Below are positions 38,399 to 49,334 of a stretch of DNA of 64,000 nucleotides, one piece after another. Source of the DNA: a virus (Duplodnaviria > Caudoviricetes); IMG/VR virus record IMGVR_UViG_3300021387_000688. One strand, written 5' to 3'. The notes under the pieces are model-generated. The model saw only the letters and a list, made by a program, of their open reading frames with translations. It was not told where the DNA came from and made no database searches. The translations under genes were made by a program, and so were the position numbers. Position 1 is the stretch's first letter. Each line of letters opens with the position of its first letter.

Positions 38399-38594
38399 AC
38401 ATACTTCTAACAATTATATGACTTGCATGAAAATGCCGGTACATATGTTTATTTCGTTAGGTAACATTCTTTCTGAGCAATTCAGGAAAGAACAAGAAGA
38501 GCAGGAAAAGGCACAAGAAGAAGCTGAATCTCATGCACCAAGATTTGATATGCCAGACTATAGTTCCATGTTGAATAATTTTAACATAAGGTAG
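38304..38594 (+). CDS. Putative second tail chaperone (gp51-like); start uncertain (38391 or frameshift fusion)
   Basis: Y...M.MP..MF..L...L......EQEE pattern; overlaps the upstream gene in the +1 frame. Confidence 0.55.
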   Translation: MKKITSIPFGPLSCLPLLRTTDLTTQLLSMSRHTSNNYMTCMKMPVHMFISLGNILSEQFRKEQEEQEKAQEEAESHAPRFDMPDYSSMLNNFNIR

Positions 38595-38607
38595 GCTAAA
38601 TAATATT

Positions 38608-38802
38608 ATGAAAGGTATAGATTTAGACACCTTGTATGAATACAAGTTGAAGGCAGAAAAAGCTACTTCTTTATACGAAGATAGAAGAGTTAGATGTACA
38701 GGAGACTTCTTAGTAGAAGATGATTTTGTAGGGTTTGAAGACGCTCTTACAGAAATAGATTCTCCTGAAGATGATTATGACTTTTCTTTCTTAACGCGTT
38801 AA
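38608..38802 (+). CDS. Small acidic hypothetical protein
   Basis: 64 aa, CTAAAT motif at 38596. Confidence 0.6.
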   Translation: MKGIDLDTLYEYKLKAEKATSLYEDRRVRCTGDFLVEDDFVGFEDALTEIDSPEDDYDFSFLTR

Positions 38803-38872
38803 ATATTAATTTAAAATAAAACGCCTCCTAGAAATGGGAGGCTTTCTTTTTACCATTTTCTATATTGTAAGT

Positions 38873-39433
38873 ATGAGAATAGCAATTATAGGAATGCAGG
38901 GTACTGGAAAAACAACATTACTTGAAGCCCTTAAAAAAGATTGGAATGTAGATTGGGAAATCATGCCTTCTATTGGAAGAACAATGAAGAGTATGGGTTT
39001 ACCAATTAATGAAATGGGATCGGACAAAACTCAATATGAAGCTTTGTTTTTGACTTTGGAACAACTTAAATACAAAGATGGTTTTTATGCAAGAACATTT
39101 GTAGATGGATTTGTTTATACAAAATATCTTGCAGAAAGAGGATTAGTACATCCGGATATTTTGGAAACTTGGGCAAGATATTTAGAAAGAAACCAAAAAG
39201 AATATGATTACCAATTTTATCTTAAGCCAGAATTTGATTTAGAAAAAGATGGTACAAGATCTGAAGATGATGATTTTAATTATAATTCAGAAAGGTTGTT
39301 TAATGAAACTGTAGAATATTTGAAATCTATAGGAGTAAAGATTTATGAGCTTACAGGATCTGTAGAAGAAAGGGTAGCTCAAGTTAATGAAATTGTTAAG
39401 AAAGCAAAAGGAGAAGTAAATGAAGAAGTATAA
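38873..39433 (+). CDS. P-loop nucleotide kinase-like protein (NadR/AAA_28 type); start revised to 38873
   Basis: MRIAIIGMQGTGKTT, R..VD...Y, DGTR, G.VEER; the listed start lies inside a terminator hairpin. Confidence 0.8.
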   Translation: MRIAIIGMQGTGKTTLLEALKKDWNVDWEIMPSIGRTMKSMGLPINEMGSDKTQYEALFLTLEQLKYKDGFYARTFVDGFVYTKYLAERGLVHPDILETWARYLERNQKEYDYQFYLKPEFDLEKDGTRSEDDDFNYNSERLFNETVEYLKSIGVKIYELTGSVEERVAQVNEIVKKAKGEVNEEV

Positions 39434-40091
39434 GTTCGTTGGTTATGAACGTACCACTATGGAGGACTTTCCTTTAAGTCCTGGCCAGATGTGCGTCAAA
39501 ATAGTAGAAGATGAAAACGGTAAATTGTTTTCAGAAGTAATGTCAGAGTACCTCGATTCAAAAGGTAAAAGTATTAAAGACATGGCAGAAATGGCCAACC
39601 TGTTAAAGATGAAATATGGGGTACATGTAGTAATCAATTCCGGAGAATTGGAAGATGACGATATTGCAGAAATAGCATTTGGTTTCAAGCCTTTGGATGA
39701 AAAATCTAAAGAACATAGAGTATCATTGACAAATGACCCTACTATGCAGATCTTGCAGAATGCAAAACGTCCTTACGCAGCTCTTACATATAAAGGAATT
39801 CCAGTAGGTAATGTAAAGAAACTTTGCAACCAGTTTGATGGAGTAACTTTCGATTTGAGGAATAGTACCGTAGAAGAATTAAATGACAACATTGTTCCAT
39901 TGATGGCTATCTTCCAGCGTGAACAGCCTGCAATGTATATTATTTCTGCAGAAGTAGCAAATGCAATGAAGAGTGCAATTGATGCTAAAGAAAGTCCGGC
40001 TCTTAAACAGTTGGAATTTAAAGCAACTGTATTCAAGAATGTATTTGCTCCAAAAGAAGGATTGGAAAATAATTTTATTAGGTCGCTCTAA
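39420..40091 (+). CDS. Hypothetical protein
   Basis: 223 aa, AAGGAG RBS. Confidence 0.75.
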   Translation: MKKYKFVGYERTTMEDFPLSPGQMCVKIVEDENGKLFSEVMSEYLDSKGKSIKDMAEMANLLKMKYGVHVVINSGELEDDDIAEIAFGFKPLDEKSKEHRVSLTNDPTMQILQNAKRPYAALTYKGIPVGNVKKLCNQFDGVTFDLRNSTVEELNDNIVPLMAIFQREQPAMYIISAEVANAMKSAIDAKESPALKQLEFKATVFKNVFAPKEGLENNFIRSL

Positions 40092-40111
40092 TTAAAAGTT
40101 TTTTAAGTATT

Positions 40112-40136
40112 AAACCCCTAGAATTTCTAGGGGTTT
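40112..40136. terminator. Intrinsic terminator
   Basis: AAACCCCTAGAA-t-TTCTAGGGGTTT. Confidence 0.8.
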
Positions 40137-40168
40137 TCTTTTGCCTACGATTTCAGACTAATTGAGAT

Positions 40169-43100
40169 ATGGCTAAAGTAACTAACGAAACTGTTAATAA
40201 ACTCAATAGTACTGTTTCAAAAAACACCTCAGCAGTTGATAAAAGTACAAACGCTAGCAAGAAGAGTGCTTCTTCTAGTGATAAGAATACTTCTGCCGCA
40301 AATAAATTAGATAATACAATAAAAGCAAATACAAAAGCAAGTAATGCAAATGCAAACACTATAGATAAAGCTGCAGATTCAATAGAGAAATCTGTAGGCA
40401 TTTTAAAAGATGAAGGTATTAATCTTACAGAGTCTATAGATAATGTTAAAAAAGAAATTCAAGAACTTCCAGAAAAATGGCAAGAACTCCTCCAAACTGT
40501 TATGGAGATGAATAATAAGATTTTAGACTTAAATGAATCTAAACCTGAAATACCTGAAGGTAGTACAGATAATCCTAAAAGGGAAGAAGATGAAGAAAAA
40601 GAGTCTGAAAATCCTTTAGAAAAAGAATTTGAAAAATTGTCATTTGATACTAGCGGTACAGATATATCTATTTTAACTTCAGCTAACAATTTACCTAATA
40701 TGATGGGGGCCGGATTGGCTTTAATCCATAATAGCTTGCAACAAGTAGTAGGAGCTATTACAGATGGCTTCTCTCAAATGACCTCATTGTTAGTAGGTAA
40801 CTTAAATAAAGTAAACAATTCAGAAGAAGCTAAAAATACTGAAGCAGGGGAGAATCAAGTCACTCCATTAAAATCTTCAATCGCAGAATTCTTTAATGGA
40901 TTAGCTGGACCAATGCAATCAATTGCATCTGCCTTGTTGTTGGTATCTTTGGCCGCAGCTGTATTAAATGCAATACCTTTGGAAAGTATGACAGTTACGG
41001 TAACCATGCAATTGTTTACCTTCCTTACGGCCACCTTTACGGCCTTATCATTGATATCTTTAGGCTATCAAAAAGTAGCTCATATAGTTGATCCAGAACA
41101 ACAAGACAATCCTGCAAACCTTATGAATATGGTAAACCAGTTGTCTAAGATGATGTTGAGTATAGGAGCTATGGTTGCAGTTTCTGTAGCAATAGTAACT
41201 GTATTGAAATCTAATATGAGTTATGTAATGGCCGGTTTGGCTATGTCATTTGGAACAATGGCTTTGTCATTGATTTCTATTTCTTTACTTTCCGAAATGG
41301 CTTTACCAGAAGTACAAGAAGGTTCTAAACCAAATCAATTAATGCAAGATTTCAATAAGATGTTGTTAATTACATCTGCAATATTTTTGGTTAATGCTTT
41401 GTTGTTCCCTATCATAAGAGAAGGTGCTATTGCCTCTATGGTTATAATGGGAGTTATGTCTTTTGCAATTATCAAAATGATGGAATCTGTAAAAGAGTTG
41501 GCCGAAATAGATCCAGAAGTGCTAGAACAATTAAATGGTTTATTTACTAGAATAACAGTATTGTTTGGTATTATGGGTGCAATGGTTATTATATTAGGCT
41601 TATTACCTCTTAATGTAGTCATTCAAGGAACAATTACCGTAATGGCCATGACCGGTTTAATAGCCGGCCTTGTATATATGTTAACAACTTCTGCAAAGAA
41701 ATTAGATAGCTTAAAACCAGATACATTAGAGCAATTAAATACAATGATTATAGCATCCACTGTTATGATTGGATTGTTAGGATTGTTGGTAATTGTTTTA
41801 GGATTAATGCCTCTAACTGCTGTAATTCAAGGTATAGTGGCTGTAACAATTATTGCAGCTTTACCAATTGCCTTGATTAAAATATTTGCAAAAGTAGCTC
41901 AACAATCTTCCCAGTTGGTACAAGCCTTAGAAGGTATAGTTATTGCAACTGTAGTATCCCTTGCTACTGCAGGTTTAGCTTGGTTGTTAATTACATTACT
42001 TGGGGGATTTACAATTCAGCAAGTATTAACTACTATGGCCACAATGGGATTGATGTTAGCTTTATCTTTAGTAGTTACTGGAGCCATTGTAATATTAGGA
42101 GTAATATTTGCAGCATTGATTAGTGGACCTCAAGCCGCTCTAATACCTATGGCTATTGTAGGTATAGCGATTGCAGGTACTGTTTCATTAGCTATTGCAG
42201 GATTTGCTAGACTACTTTCTTCCATATTTGGTAGCGAAGAAGAAGCTATCAAAGCTCAACAAGCTGCAAAAGCAGTTATGATGACAGCCATTGCATTAAC
42301 TACAATTGCAGTATCTATTGTAACTATTGGTGCTTTAGCTATTCCAATGATGATTGCTATGCCATTAGCTCTTACGGCTTTGGAAGGACTAACAAGATTT
42401 ATAAATACATTAAATGCACCAGAAGGTATTTTAGCTATATTGGCCGCTAGTGGTCAAATGGACTTATCTGGCGTATACGCTCAGGTAGCTAACATTTCTA
42501 GACTTTGTATCGCATTAGCCACATTGAATATACCCCTTTCAATATTGGCACTTAATGCACCTTTGTTGTTAATATCTTTAAGTATTTGTACCACCTCAAT
42601 GTTTATGATAGGTGCAAGTTTAGTATTACTTTCAGGCTCATTGAGAGTAATTCAAGCTTTAACATTTGTAGATGTAAGTCCAAAGATTACAGAATTAAGT
42701 AATGCCATCCAATCATTGAATAATTTGGCTCAGGTTGTTAGCAACTTTACAGGAATGGATATAGCTAAAGTATTAATGGTAAAAGCAGCTCTTGGCTATG
42801 TAGCATCCTTTGAAAAATCTTTAGGTAGAATTGGCAATAATGCCGCAACTGAAAATATTGTAAACTTAACAAATAATTTATCAAACTTGGCTAATACAGC
42901 TCCAGGATTGAATGCACTTGCCGAAGCTATTACAAGAGTATCTGCCGCCACTGCAAGTCTAAATCAAGTTCAAAATTCAAATGCTCAAAGTATAGAAAGA
43001 CTTACAGGTCAAGCCGCAAGTAGGAATGAATTCTTAAGCAACCCTTCTTTGAGACAAGAAAGTTCTAATAAATCCAATTCATCTAACTTTGAACCAATCT

Positions 43101-43231
43101 TGGATGCATTAAACAAAGTGGTTAGTAGATTAGAGGATTTGAAGAATTCCCAAGACGCTAACAATTCAAGATTGAATTCTTTGATAGTAACTATGGATGG
43201 TATCGGTCAAAGGATGAGTCTCAATATATAA
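40169..43231 (+). CDS. Putative tail tape-measure protein
   Basis: 1020 aa, Ala/Leu/Ile-rich repeated hydrophobic helices, downstream of tube and chaperone genes. Confidence 0.7.
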   Translation: MAKVTNETVNKLNSTVSKNTSAVDKSTNASKKSASSSDKNTSAANKLDNTIKANTKASNANANTIDKAADSIEKSVGILKDEGINLTESIDNVKKEIQELPEKWQELLQTVMEMNNKILDLNESKPEIPEGSTDNPKREEDEEKESENPLEKEFEKLSFDTSGTDISILTSANNLPNMMGAGLALIHNSLQQVVGAITDGFSQMTSLLVGNLNKVNNSEEAKNTEAGENQVTPLKSSIAEFFNGLAGPMQSIASALLLVSLAAAVLNAIPLESMTVTVTMQLFTFLTATFTALSLISLGYQKVAHIVDPEQQDNPANLMNMVNQLSKMMLSIGAMVAVSVAIVTVLKSNMSYVMAGLAMSFGTMALSLISISLLSEMALPEVQEGSKPNQLMQDFNKMLLITSAIFLVNALLFPIIREGAIASMVIMGVMSFAIIKMMESVKELAEIDPEVLEQLNGLFTRITVLFGIMGAMVIILGLLPLNVVIQGTITVMAMTGLIAGLVYMLTTSAKKLDSLKPDTLEQLNTMIIASTVMIGLLGLLVIVLGLMPLTAVIQGIVAVTIIAALPIALIKIFAKVAQQSSQLVQALEGIVIATVVSLATAGLAWLLITLLGGFTIQQVLTTMATMGLMLALSLVVTGAIVILGVIFAALISGPQAALIPMAIVGIAIAGTVSLAIAGFARLLSSIFGSEEEAIKAQQAAKAVMMTAIALTTIAVSIVTIGALAIPMMIAMPLALTALEGLTRFINTLNAPEGILAILAASGQMDLSGVYAQVANISRLCIALATLNIPLSILALNAPLLLISLSICTTSMFMIGASLVLLSGSLRVIQALTFVDVSPKITELSNAIQSLNNLAQVVSNFTGMDIAKVLMVKAALGYVASFEKSLGRIGNNAATENIVNLTNNLSNLANTAPGLNALAEAITRVSAATASLNQVQNSNAQSIERLTGQAASRNEFLSNPSLRQESSNKSNSSNFEPILDALNKVVSRLEDLKNSQDANNSRLNSLIVTMDGIGQRMSLNI

Positions 43232-43258
43232 AAAATCCACCGCTATACTAATTGAAAT

Positions 43259-46200
43259 ATGAACATCATAACAGATATACATGAACGAGCGGCCTACAAT
43301 AAGCCTATAACACACTTTGATTCCCCTAAAGGAATAGGTCAAATTACTGCAAAAGATGTAGCAGGTTGGGCAGAATTAAACAGCTTAGTATACGGTGCCG
43401 AGAATTATAGTTCTTTAACTTATAACAATAATGTTGATGCAAATCCAGATATGGTAAAATCTACAAGTGCTGCAATTATGCAAGCACCTGACGAAACTTT
43501 TAGTACCATTTTAACAGAAGAAGCTCAACAAGTACAGGGTCAAGTTAATAGTTATGTATCTAAGAACTTTGTACAAATGTTCTATGAAACTTACATGGCC
43601 CCAATCAATACAAAAGATGTAAATAATCGTTTAGGAAAAGTATTAGGAGTTGTATCAGATATGCACTCCTTAATACCAAATGGTGTTCCTGGTATTATGG
43701 CGGCAGATAATACTGCATCTTGGAAAACTACTGAAAACTTTTCTTTTAAGTTCTCTGAAGGATTGTCTAAATCCCACCCAGACCCTTATAAAACAAGAAC
43801 ATTAGATGGAGCCAAATGGGTAACCACTGCTTATAGAGCTTGGTGGGCTCCAGGAGGTTGGATAGGAAATCCTGCAGCAACAGATGAATGGAGGTGGCAA
43901 AACGGTAGATGGGAAAGAGGACATTTTGACGGTGGAGAAGAAATATTTACAGAATATCACTCTTTAGCTTTCCCTCCATATCATAGTCATGAAGTTGTAA
44001 ATACTGAAAACTTATTTGAACCTAAAGCATCTGAAACTGAAAATGCTACTGTATCTTTAAGAGAGTATAAGGCAGATAGAACTTACGATATGGAAAACCT
44101 TCTTTATAAGAAAGGTATCGGTACATATCGTACACCTGCTTTTAAGGCAATCAATGATAACATTCAAACATTGCAATTGTTTTTCAACAGGTGTTTTGGA
44201 ATAGAATCTACCTATATCAATGAGTGGGATGAATCTCTTTACATTCAGGAAGGTTTGTGTAACGTAAGACAAACTACAGATGCAGATGGTAACACCATTA
44301 GTGCACCTTCATTCGTAACTACATTAACTTATGGTTTGTTAGACGATGCTCCAGTACCAGGGGTTAAAGGAAGTTCTGAAGTAGACTTAAATAAAATTAC
44401 TCCTTTCGCTTCTTGGAATATGGCAGTATCTACAAGGTCCGGAGTAGATTATGTAACCACAGCTCAACATTGTAATGAGATGGATTATATGATCAAAGAG
44501 TATCCTCTTTCTACCTATTGGTATCCAGAATATTCTGGACAGAATTTAGGCGACATGAATGTATCTAGATACATTGATGATATGTTTGCTTATAGGGAAA
44601 ATGGAGCGAACTGGGATAAAAATGTTTCTAGAAATTATACAAGTGCTATAAAATACGGTAGTTTGGATTCTTCTACAAAATCTTTACTTGAAGTTATAAA
44701 CTATACAGATGATAAGCAAGCAGTGTTGTCAGGAATGAACGCCACCGATAAAGATGGTAAACTTTATTTATTACGTACAGATGGTGCCTACGTCAATGAT
44801 GGTTATGGAGGTAACGCTTATAGTTATTTACCTTTCTGGAGACAATTCTTTACATCTGCAGAAGACGGATTATCCGATATCGATATCTTGATGCAAGATG
44901 TTTTATACAATGATCAAGATTACAATTCATATTTGGATATTGGTCACAGAATTATAGAAATGACTACAAGTGATAATTCTAAATTCTGGGATTACTTAAA
45001 TCAAAGATCTGCTACATTTAATCCTTTACCCCCAGCTGCCTCTCAAATATCTCAAGATAATAATGCAAGTCTAATACAGGATGCTTCTAGTTATGGTAAT
45101 ATAAAAATTGATATTGGAATCGCGTCATTTGAAATTCCTCATACAGCTCTTCTTAAAGCTTGGGCAAATAAAGATAAAAATACTAGAGCTGCAATGAACA
45201 AGGCTAACCAAACAGGTGGTATGGATAATGCAGTATCTGTAGTCAACAGTAATTTGAAACCTACTAAGAAGAAAGCTTCTTATGTAGAAGATGTAAATGG
45301 TGCGCCTCAAGTAGTAAATGAATATACCCCAGAAGAGGATGATGACGAGGCTGCAAAATCTGCATTAAGTTATGGTGCAGGTGTAAATAATTATTCTCCA
45401 TTCTTGTATGGAGGACCTCACGGTCAATATTTAAGTCCTTTAACATTGGAAGGATATTGTCAAGATGAAAATAGATTTTTAGCAACTGTTCCTACTCAAG
45501 ACTCTTATACGTATTATCACAATGGTATTGATAAAAACTATTTGAACCGCACTTATAGTAACTTTACAAAGAACTATAAGAATAGAGGTAATTTCTATGA
45601 TAAGATAACCGCAGTTACTCCTAATGAAAGAGAATTGCTGTTGACAGGTAATGTCAACTTTGGTTTCCTTCCTAAACCCCAACCAAATAATTATAGATGG
45701 GTTTACTATTCAAATTACTACTACAACTATGAAATGGTTACTGGAGGGGAATATACTTCTAATGCAGGCACAGAAAGCGCCCCTCGTAGATATTGGGATT
45801 ATGCAGGTCGTAGAAATCATTATCATAATGGTCAATTAATACCTGCAACCCCTAGCTGGATGAACAATTGGTGGGGCAATGCAATTTGGGGATGGATAGT
45901 TACTTTTAGTAATTCCTCAAAGAGTACTTACAGTTCTGGTTACTTAAATGATGGGTATGACGATCACCACCATTATAGCAATACTTATGTATTAAGACAT
46001 TTTGGTAAATATTATTGGGAAGAAGATGTAAACTTGGCTCCAGACTTCCCTTATCAAGATTTTATGCTTTTACCTGTAGGCCAAAGTTTAAGTGATAGAG
46101 GTAACATCAATTGGGATTATATCAAATCTACAATAAACACAGATCATAACAACAGAATACAAACTGATCAATTTATATCTCATGAAACTTGGGAAGTAGA

Positions 46201-49200
46201 AGATAAATCTAAACCATGGAGATACCAGAGATTAATTAAAGTACAACACTACAATCCAGTTGAAAATATAGTAGATTGGAATGCACATTGTTGGTATTTA
46301 GTTACTCCAGATAAACACCCTTCTAACACTTGGGTAGATGGTACAAGATATGTTACATATTCCGAAAGAGGAAGCGCTTGGTATAATGCACTTGAAAGAA
46401 TGTGGAGGCCTAGCGCAGGTAACGAAATCTTGTGTACATTGCCTATAAATTCAGGCGGAGGCATTACTAACGTAGTTTGTGCTGTAGGTAGAATTATAAA
46501 AGACTTTACTTATGTATATAGATATGTATGGAGACTTCATTTAGGTTGGAGATGGAGTTGGAGATGGAGTTGGCACTGGTTCCATTTCCATTGGTGGGGT
46601 GGATTCTATTGGTATTGGAAGTTACACAGAATTGTTGGAACTGAAACAACCTACAACTTGTACATTGATACTAACCGTACAAGATATAACATACCTACAA
46701 AATACTTGATAGATAGAGAGGCTAAGGTAAACTCTTCAAGGAAGTTTGAATCTTCAAACCCAGTAGAAAGATATGCAACAGGGGAAACTGGAGGAGAATC
46801 TGGACATTTAGGCACTACTGGTGCACCTCTTTTATGCCCATGGGAACCTAGGTTTAAAGATTATTATGGATGGTATAATAACAGTAAGGCAATGCCAGGA
46901 GCTTATTGGAGTGACGAAGGTAACCAATATTACAGAGGTGGATATCATAGTGGTGCATTCTTAATGAGTAAAGGTATCTTCTTTGCAGATATGATTGAAA
47001 ATTATAGGAAGCACGGTCAGGAAGCTTGGTATTGTACTTCTACTGTTCCTATTGTAAAATCTAAGATAGAACATTTCTATATCACTGCAAGGACTAAGCA
47101 GTCTGTAGGTTGTAACAGATGGGGTTATGGAACTACTTCTTATGTTAATAACTACAACTATAGAACTGGTAGATATACTTACGGTCTTACAAATGATAAC
47201 TATTGGAAATATAGTGACTTCTATACTTATGATGATACCCATTATCATACATTATTGTGTTGGGCAGATAGAGCAAACTGGGTACCAAATAGATGGGCTA
47301 CTCATTGGACTTTGACAAATATCTTTAGAGAAATGCCAAGAACCAAATCTCTCATAGAATATTGCAAAGATGGAAATAACCCTACATTAGCTTGGTATCA
47401 TGCTACAGACCCATTTGATGTATATATCGACACTGCGCAACAGCAAATTCAATGGATGAAGCAGTTACACGGATATGTTGTTAATAATATAACTGATAAA
47501 AACATTTGGGATGTTTATCAAAAAGTTACAGATAAAAAGATTAAAAATGTAACTAAGATGAAGAATACCGCAGGTAGTTGGGATAGTAGTAAAATGGGAC
47601 CTAGTCCTTACTTTACAAATTCTTTTACAGAAGATGTAAATTACTTTGATGCTTTAGATGTAGTATATCGAGTATTCGGTGTTAACGCTTGGAACCCTAA
47701 GAAGAATACTATTGCAGAATTATTGGCAGAAAGAATTTATTACTTAGAGAAGTTTAGAAACAGAGCCCTTTATTTGAGAAATCAATTGTTAGTAGATTCA
47801 TTGCCAGCTGACATTGTAAGGCAATTCTCAATATTAGTTTCTAATACTAGGTTGTATCTAAACTGTGCACAGTGTTATGGAAGGACTGTAGAAAACACTT
47901 CTTATTGGGGTAATGAATGGTATTTAAGTAATGTATTGATGTATAGTGATCACAATACTCGCTACGACCTTACGAGACATCCAGGTACTGTATTATGGGC
48001 TTACTTAAACGTATTGTACCAGGCCAGAAAGTATTGGGTTAACTTAAGATTGGATAAATCTTTTGGATCTTATTGGTTGTTGAGGGGATTGGAAAGAGTA
48101 TTGGTATTTACTATGGCTCAAGACACCGCCGTTGTACCTAACTTACAAGAAGCTTCTTCTGCAATTGATGTAGAAGATTCTACAAAGAAAACTTCTAGAA
48201 AGATACATTTCGTAGAATCTAGATCTAAGCTGGGAGAACTTATAGACAGTAATAATATAGAACCTACTTATACAAACGCCGTTTACATAAAAGTAGATTA
48301 CTTGAATGTATCAGATCCTACTACAAATGAGTTGTATAAAAATGGTAAGTTTGACAATAAGGAAATAAGATATATACCTGAAGTTTATAAGTGGGCTTAT
48401 AAACCTACAGACCAGGAATACTACGTAATGAGTGCTTACATTACCAGCCACTTGAAAGAATATACTCAAACAAGAAAACAAGTATTGGATGAAATATACG
48501 CTTGTTCTTATAGATTGACTGCAAATGATTATGACAAGCTCAGAACTTCTTTAACTTATTTGCAAGAGAGTTATATCGATAAGACTTTGTCTTCTTTAGG
48601 TACATTACCTGAAATGGAATACAGGCTTGAAGAATTGCAAAATGCATTACTTCAAGAAAAGTCCACTTACTATAACGGCCTTATTGAAGATTTGTTATAT
48701 CCTGTTTACATTAAGTTCGAACCAGAACATGTATGGACTGGTAATTATAAGGACGACGAGAAGGACGGAAACTACTATATCGATGAATGGCAGAAAGAAG
48801 AAACTGCTTATAAGGAAAGAACTCGTAGAGACTCTTTCGGAGAAAAACATAAACACACCGCTCCAATTTCTGCAGGTATTACATTCGATGTAATGGCTTC
48901 TATTGATGTTAACAAATTGTTAAATAACATTGGGGCATTGCAGACTGCTACTACTGCAGAAATATTATGTGAATGTAAAAACACAATAGACTTATGGAGA
49001 ATTGAGTTACCTAAGAATATGAAAGTACCTACAGCTTATTTGGAAGATAAGCCAATATTGGTACCAGCATTCTTAATAGACTTATCTGTTAATGGCGTAT
49101 TAGCTAAAGAAAAGGAACCAACTCCAAGGGACGTTTTGGTGGGTGTAAGTAGTACAGAAATGCTTCCTATCTTGGAACCAAGTGCAGGATTATTAACAGT

Positions 49201-49282
49201 TAATACTCAAGCCGCTTTAGGTATCGTAGATAAAGTTGACTTTGGAATTAATGTTAACGTTCAAGAGTTGAAAGATAAATAA
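43259..49282 (+). CDS. Giant putative virion protein (Trp/Tyr/Asn-rich)
   Basis: 2007-aa ORF following the tape measure; CTAATT motif upstream. Confidence 0.6.
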   Translation: MNIITDIHERAAYNKPITHFDSPKGIGQITAKDVAGWAELNSLVYGAENYSSLTYNNNVDANPDMVKSTSAAIMQAPDETFSTILTEEAQQVQGQVNSYVSKNFVQMFYETYMAPINTKDVNNRLGKVLGVVSDMHSLIPNGVPGIMAADNTASWKTTENFSFKFSEGLSKSHPDPYKTRTLDGAKWVTTAYRAWWAPGGWIGNPAATDEWRWQNGRWERGHFDGGEEIFTEYHSLAFPPYHSHEVVNTENLFEPKASETENATVSLREYKADRTYDMENLLYKKGIGTYRTPAFKAINDNIQTLQLFFNRCFGIESTYINEWDESLYIQEGLCNVRQTTDADGNTISAPSFVTTLTYGLLDDAPVPGVKGSSEVDLNKITPFASWNMAVSTRSGVDYVTTAQHCNEMDYMIKEYPLSTYWYPEYSGQNLGDMNVSRYIDDMFAYRENGANWDKNVSRNYTSAIKYGSLDSSTKSLLEVINYTDDKQAVLSGMNATDKDGKLYLLRTDGAYVNDGYGGNAYSYLPFWRQFFTSAEDGLSDIDILMQDVLYNDQDYNSYLDIGHRIIEMTTSDNSKFWDYLNQRSATFNPLPPAASQISQDNNASLIQDASSYGNIKIDIGIASFEIPHTALLKAWANKDKNTRAAMNKANQTGGMDNAVSVVNSNLKPTKKKASYVEDVNGAPQVVNEYTPEEDDDEAAKSALSYGAGVNNYSPFLYGGPHGQYLSPLTLEGYCQDENRFLATVPTQDSYTYYHNGIDKNYLNRTYSNFTKNYKNRGNFYDKITAVTPNERELLLTGNVNFGFLPKPQPNNYRWVYYSNYYYNYEMVTGGEYTSNAGTESAPRRYWDYAGRRNHYHNGQLIPATPSWMNNWWGNAIWGWIVTFSNSSKSTYSSGYLNDGYDDHHHYSNTYVLRHFGKYYWEEDVNLAPDFPYQDFMLLPVGQSLSDRGNINWDYIKSTINTDHNNRIQTDQFISHETWEVEDKSKPWRYQRLIKVQHYNPVENIVDWNAHCWYLVTPDKHPSNTWVDGTRYVTYSERGSAWYNALERMWRPSAGNEILCTLPINSGGGITNVVCAVGRIIKDFTYVYRYVWRLHLGWRWSWRWSWHWFHFHWWGGFYWYWKLHRIVGTETTYNLYIDTNRTRYNIPTKYLIDREAKVNSSRKFESSNPVERYATGETGGESGHLGTTGAPLLCPWEPRFKDYYGWYNNSKAMPGAYWSDEGNQYYRGGYHSGAFLMSKGIFFADMIENYRKHGQEAWYCTSTVPIVKSKIEHFYITARTKQSVGCNRWGYGTTSYVNNYNYRTGRYTYGLTNDNYWKYSDFYTYDDTHYHTLLCWADRANWVPNRWATHWTLTNIFREMPRTKSLIEYCKDGNNPTLAWYHATDPFDVYIDTAQQQIQWMKQLHGYVVNNITDKNIWDVYQKVTDKKIKNVTKMKNTAGSWDSSKMGPSPYFTNSFTEDVNYFDALDVVYRVFGVNAWNPKKNTIAELLAERIYYLEKFRNRALYLRNQLLVDSLPADIVRQFSILVSNTRLYLNCAQCYGRTVENTSYWGNEWYLSNVLMYSDHNTRYDLTRHPGTVLWAYLNVLYQARKYWVNLRLDKSFGSYWLLRGLERVLVFTMAQDTAVVPNLQEASSAIDVEDSTKKTSRKIHFVESRSKLGELIDSNNIEPTYTNAVYIKVDYLNVSDPTTNELYKNGKFDNKEIRYIPEVYKWAYKPTDQEYYVMSAYITSHLKEYTQTRKQVLDEIYACSYRLTANDYDKLRTSLTYLQESYIDKTLSSLGTLPEMEYRLEELQNALLQEKSTYYNGLIEDLLYPVYIKFEPEHVWTGNYKDDEKDGNYYIDEWQKEETAYKERTRRDSFGEKHKHTAPISAGITFDVMASIDVNKLLNNIGALQTATTAEILCECKNTIDLWRIELPKNMKVPTAYLEDKPILVPAFLIDLSVNGVLAKEKEPTPRDVLVGVSSTEMLPILEPSAGLLTVNTQAALGIVDKVDFGINVNVQELKDK

Positions 49283-49290
49283 CCAATAAA

Positions 49291-49315
49291 AAAGCCTCTC
49301 GAAAGAGAGGCTTTA
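49291..49315. terminator. Bidirectional intrinsic terminator
   Basis: AAAGCCTCTC-gaaa-GAGAGGCTTT. Confidence 0.85.
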
Positions 49316-49334
49316 TTTTTACCAATTAAAAAAG

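Noticed and set aside
11571-38845. CCTCC/GGAGG in terminator stems (11571, 16256, 38823) as more anti-SD elements
   Set aside because: The sequence is paired inside the stem and lacks the TTTGTA extension, so these are ordinary terminators.
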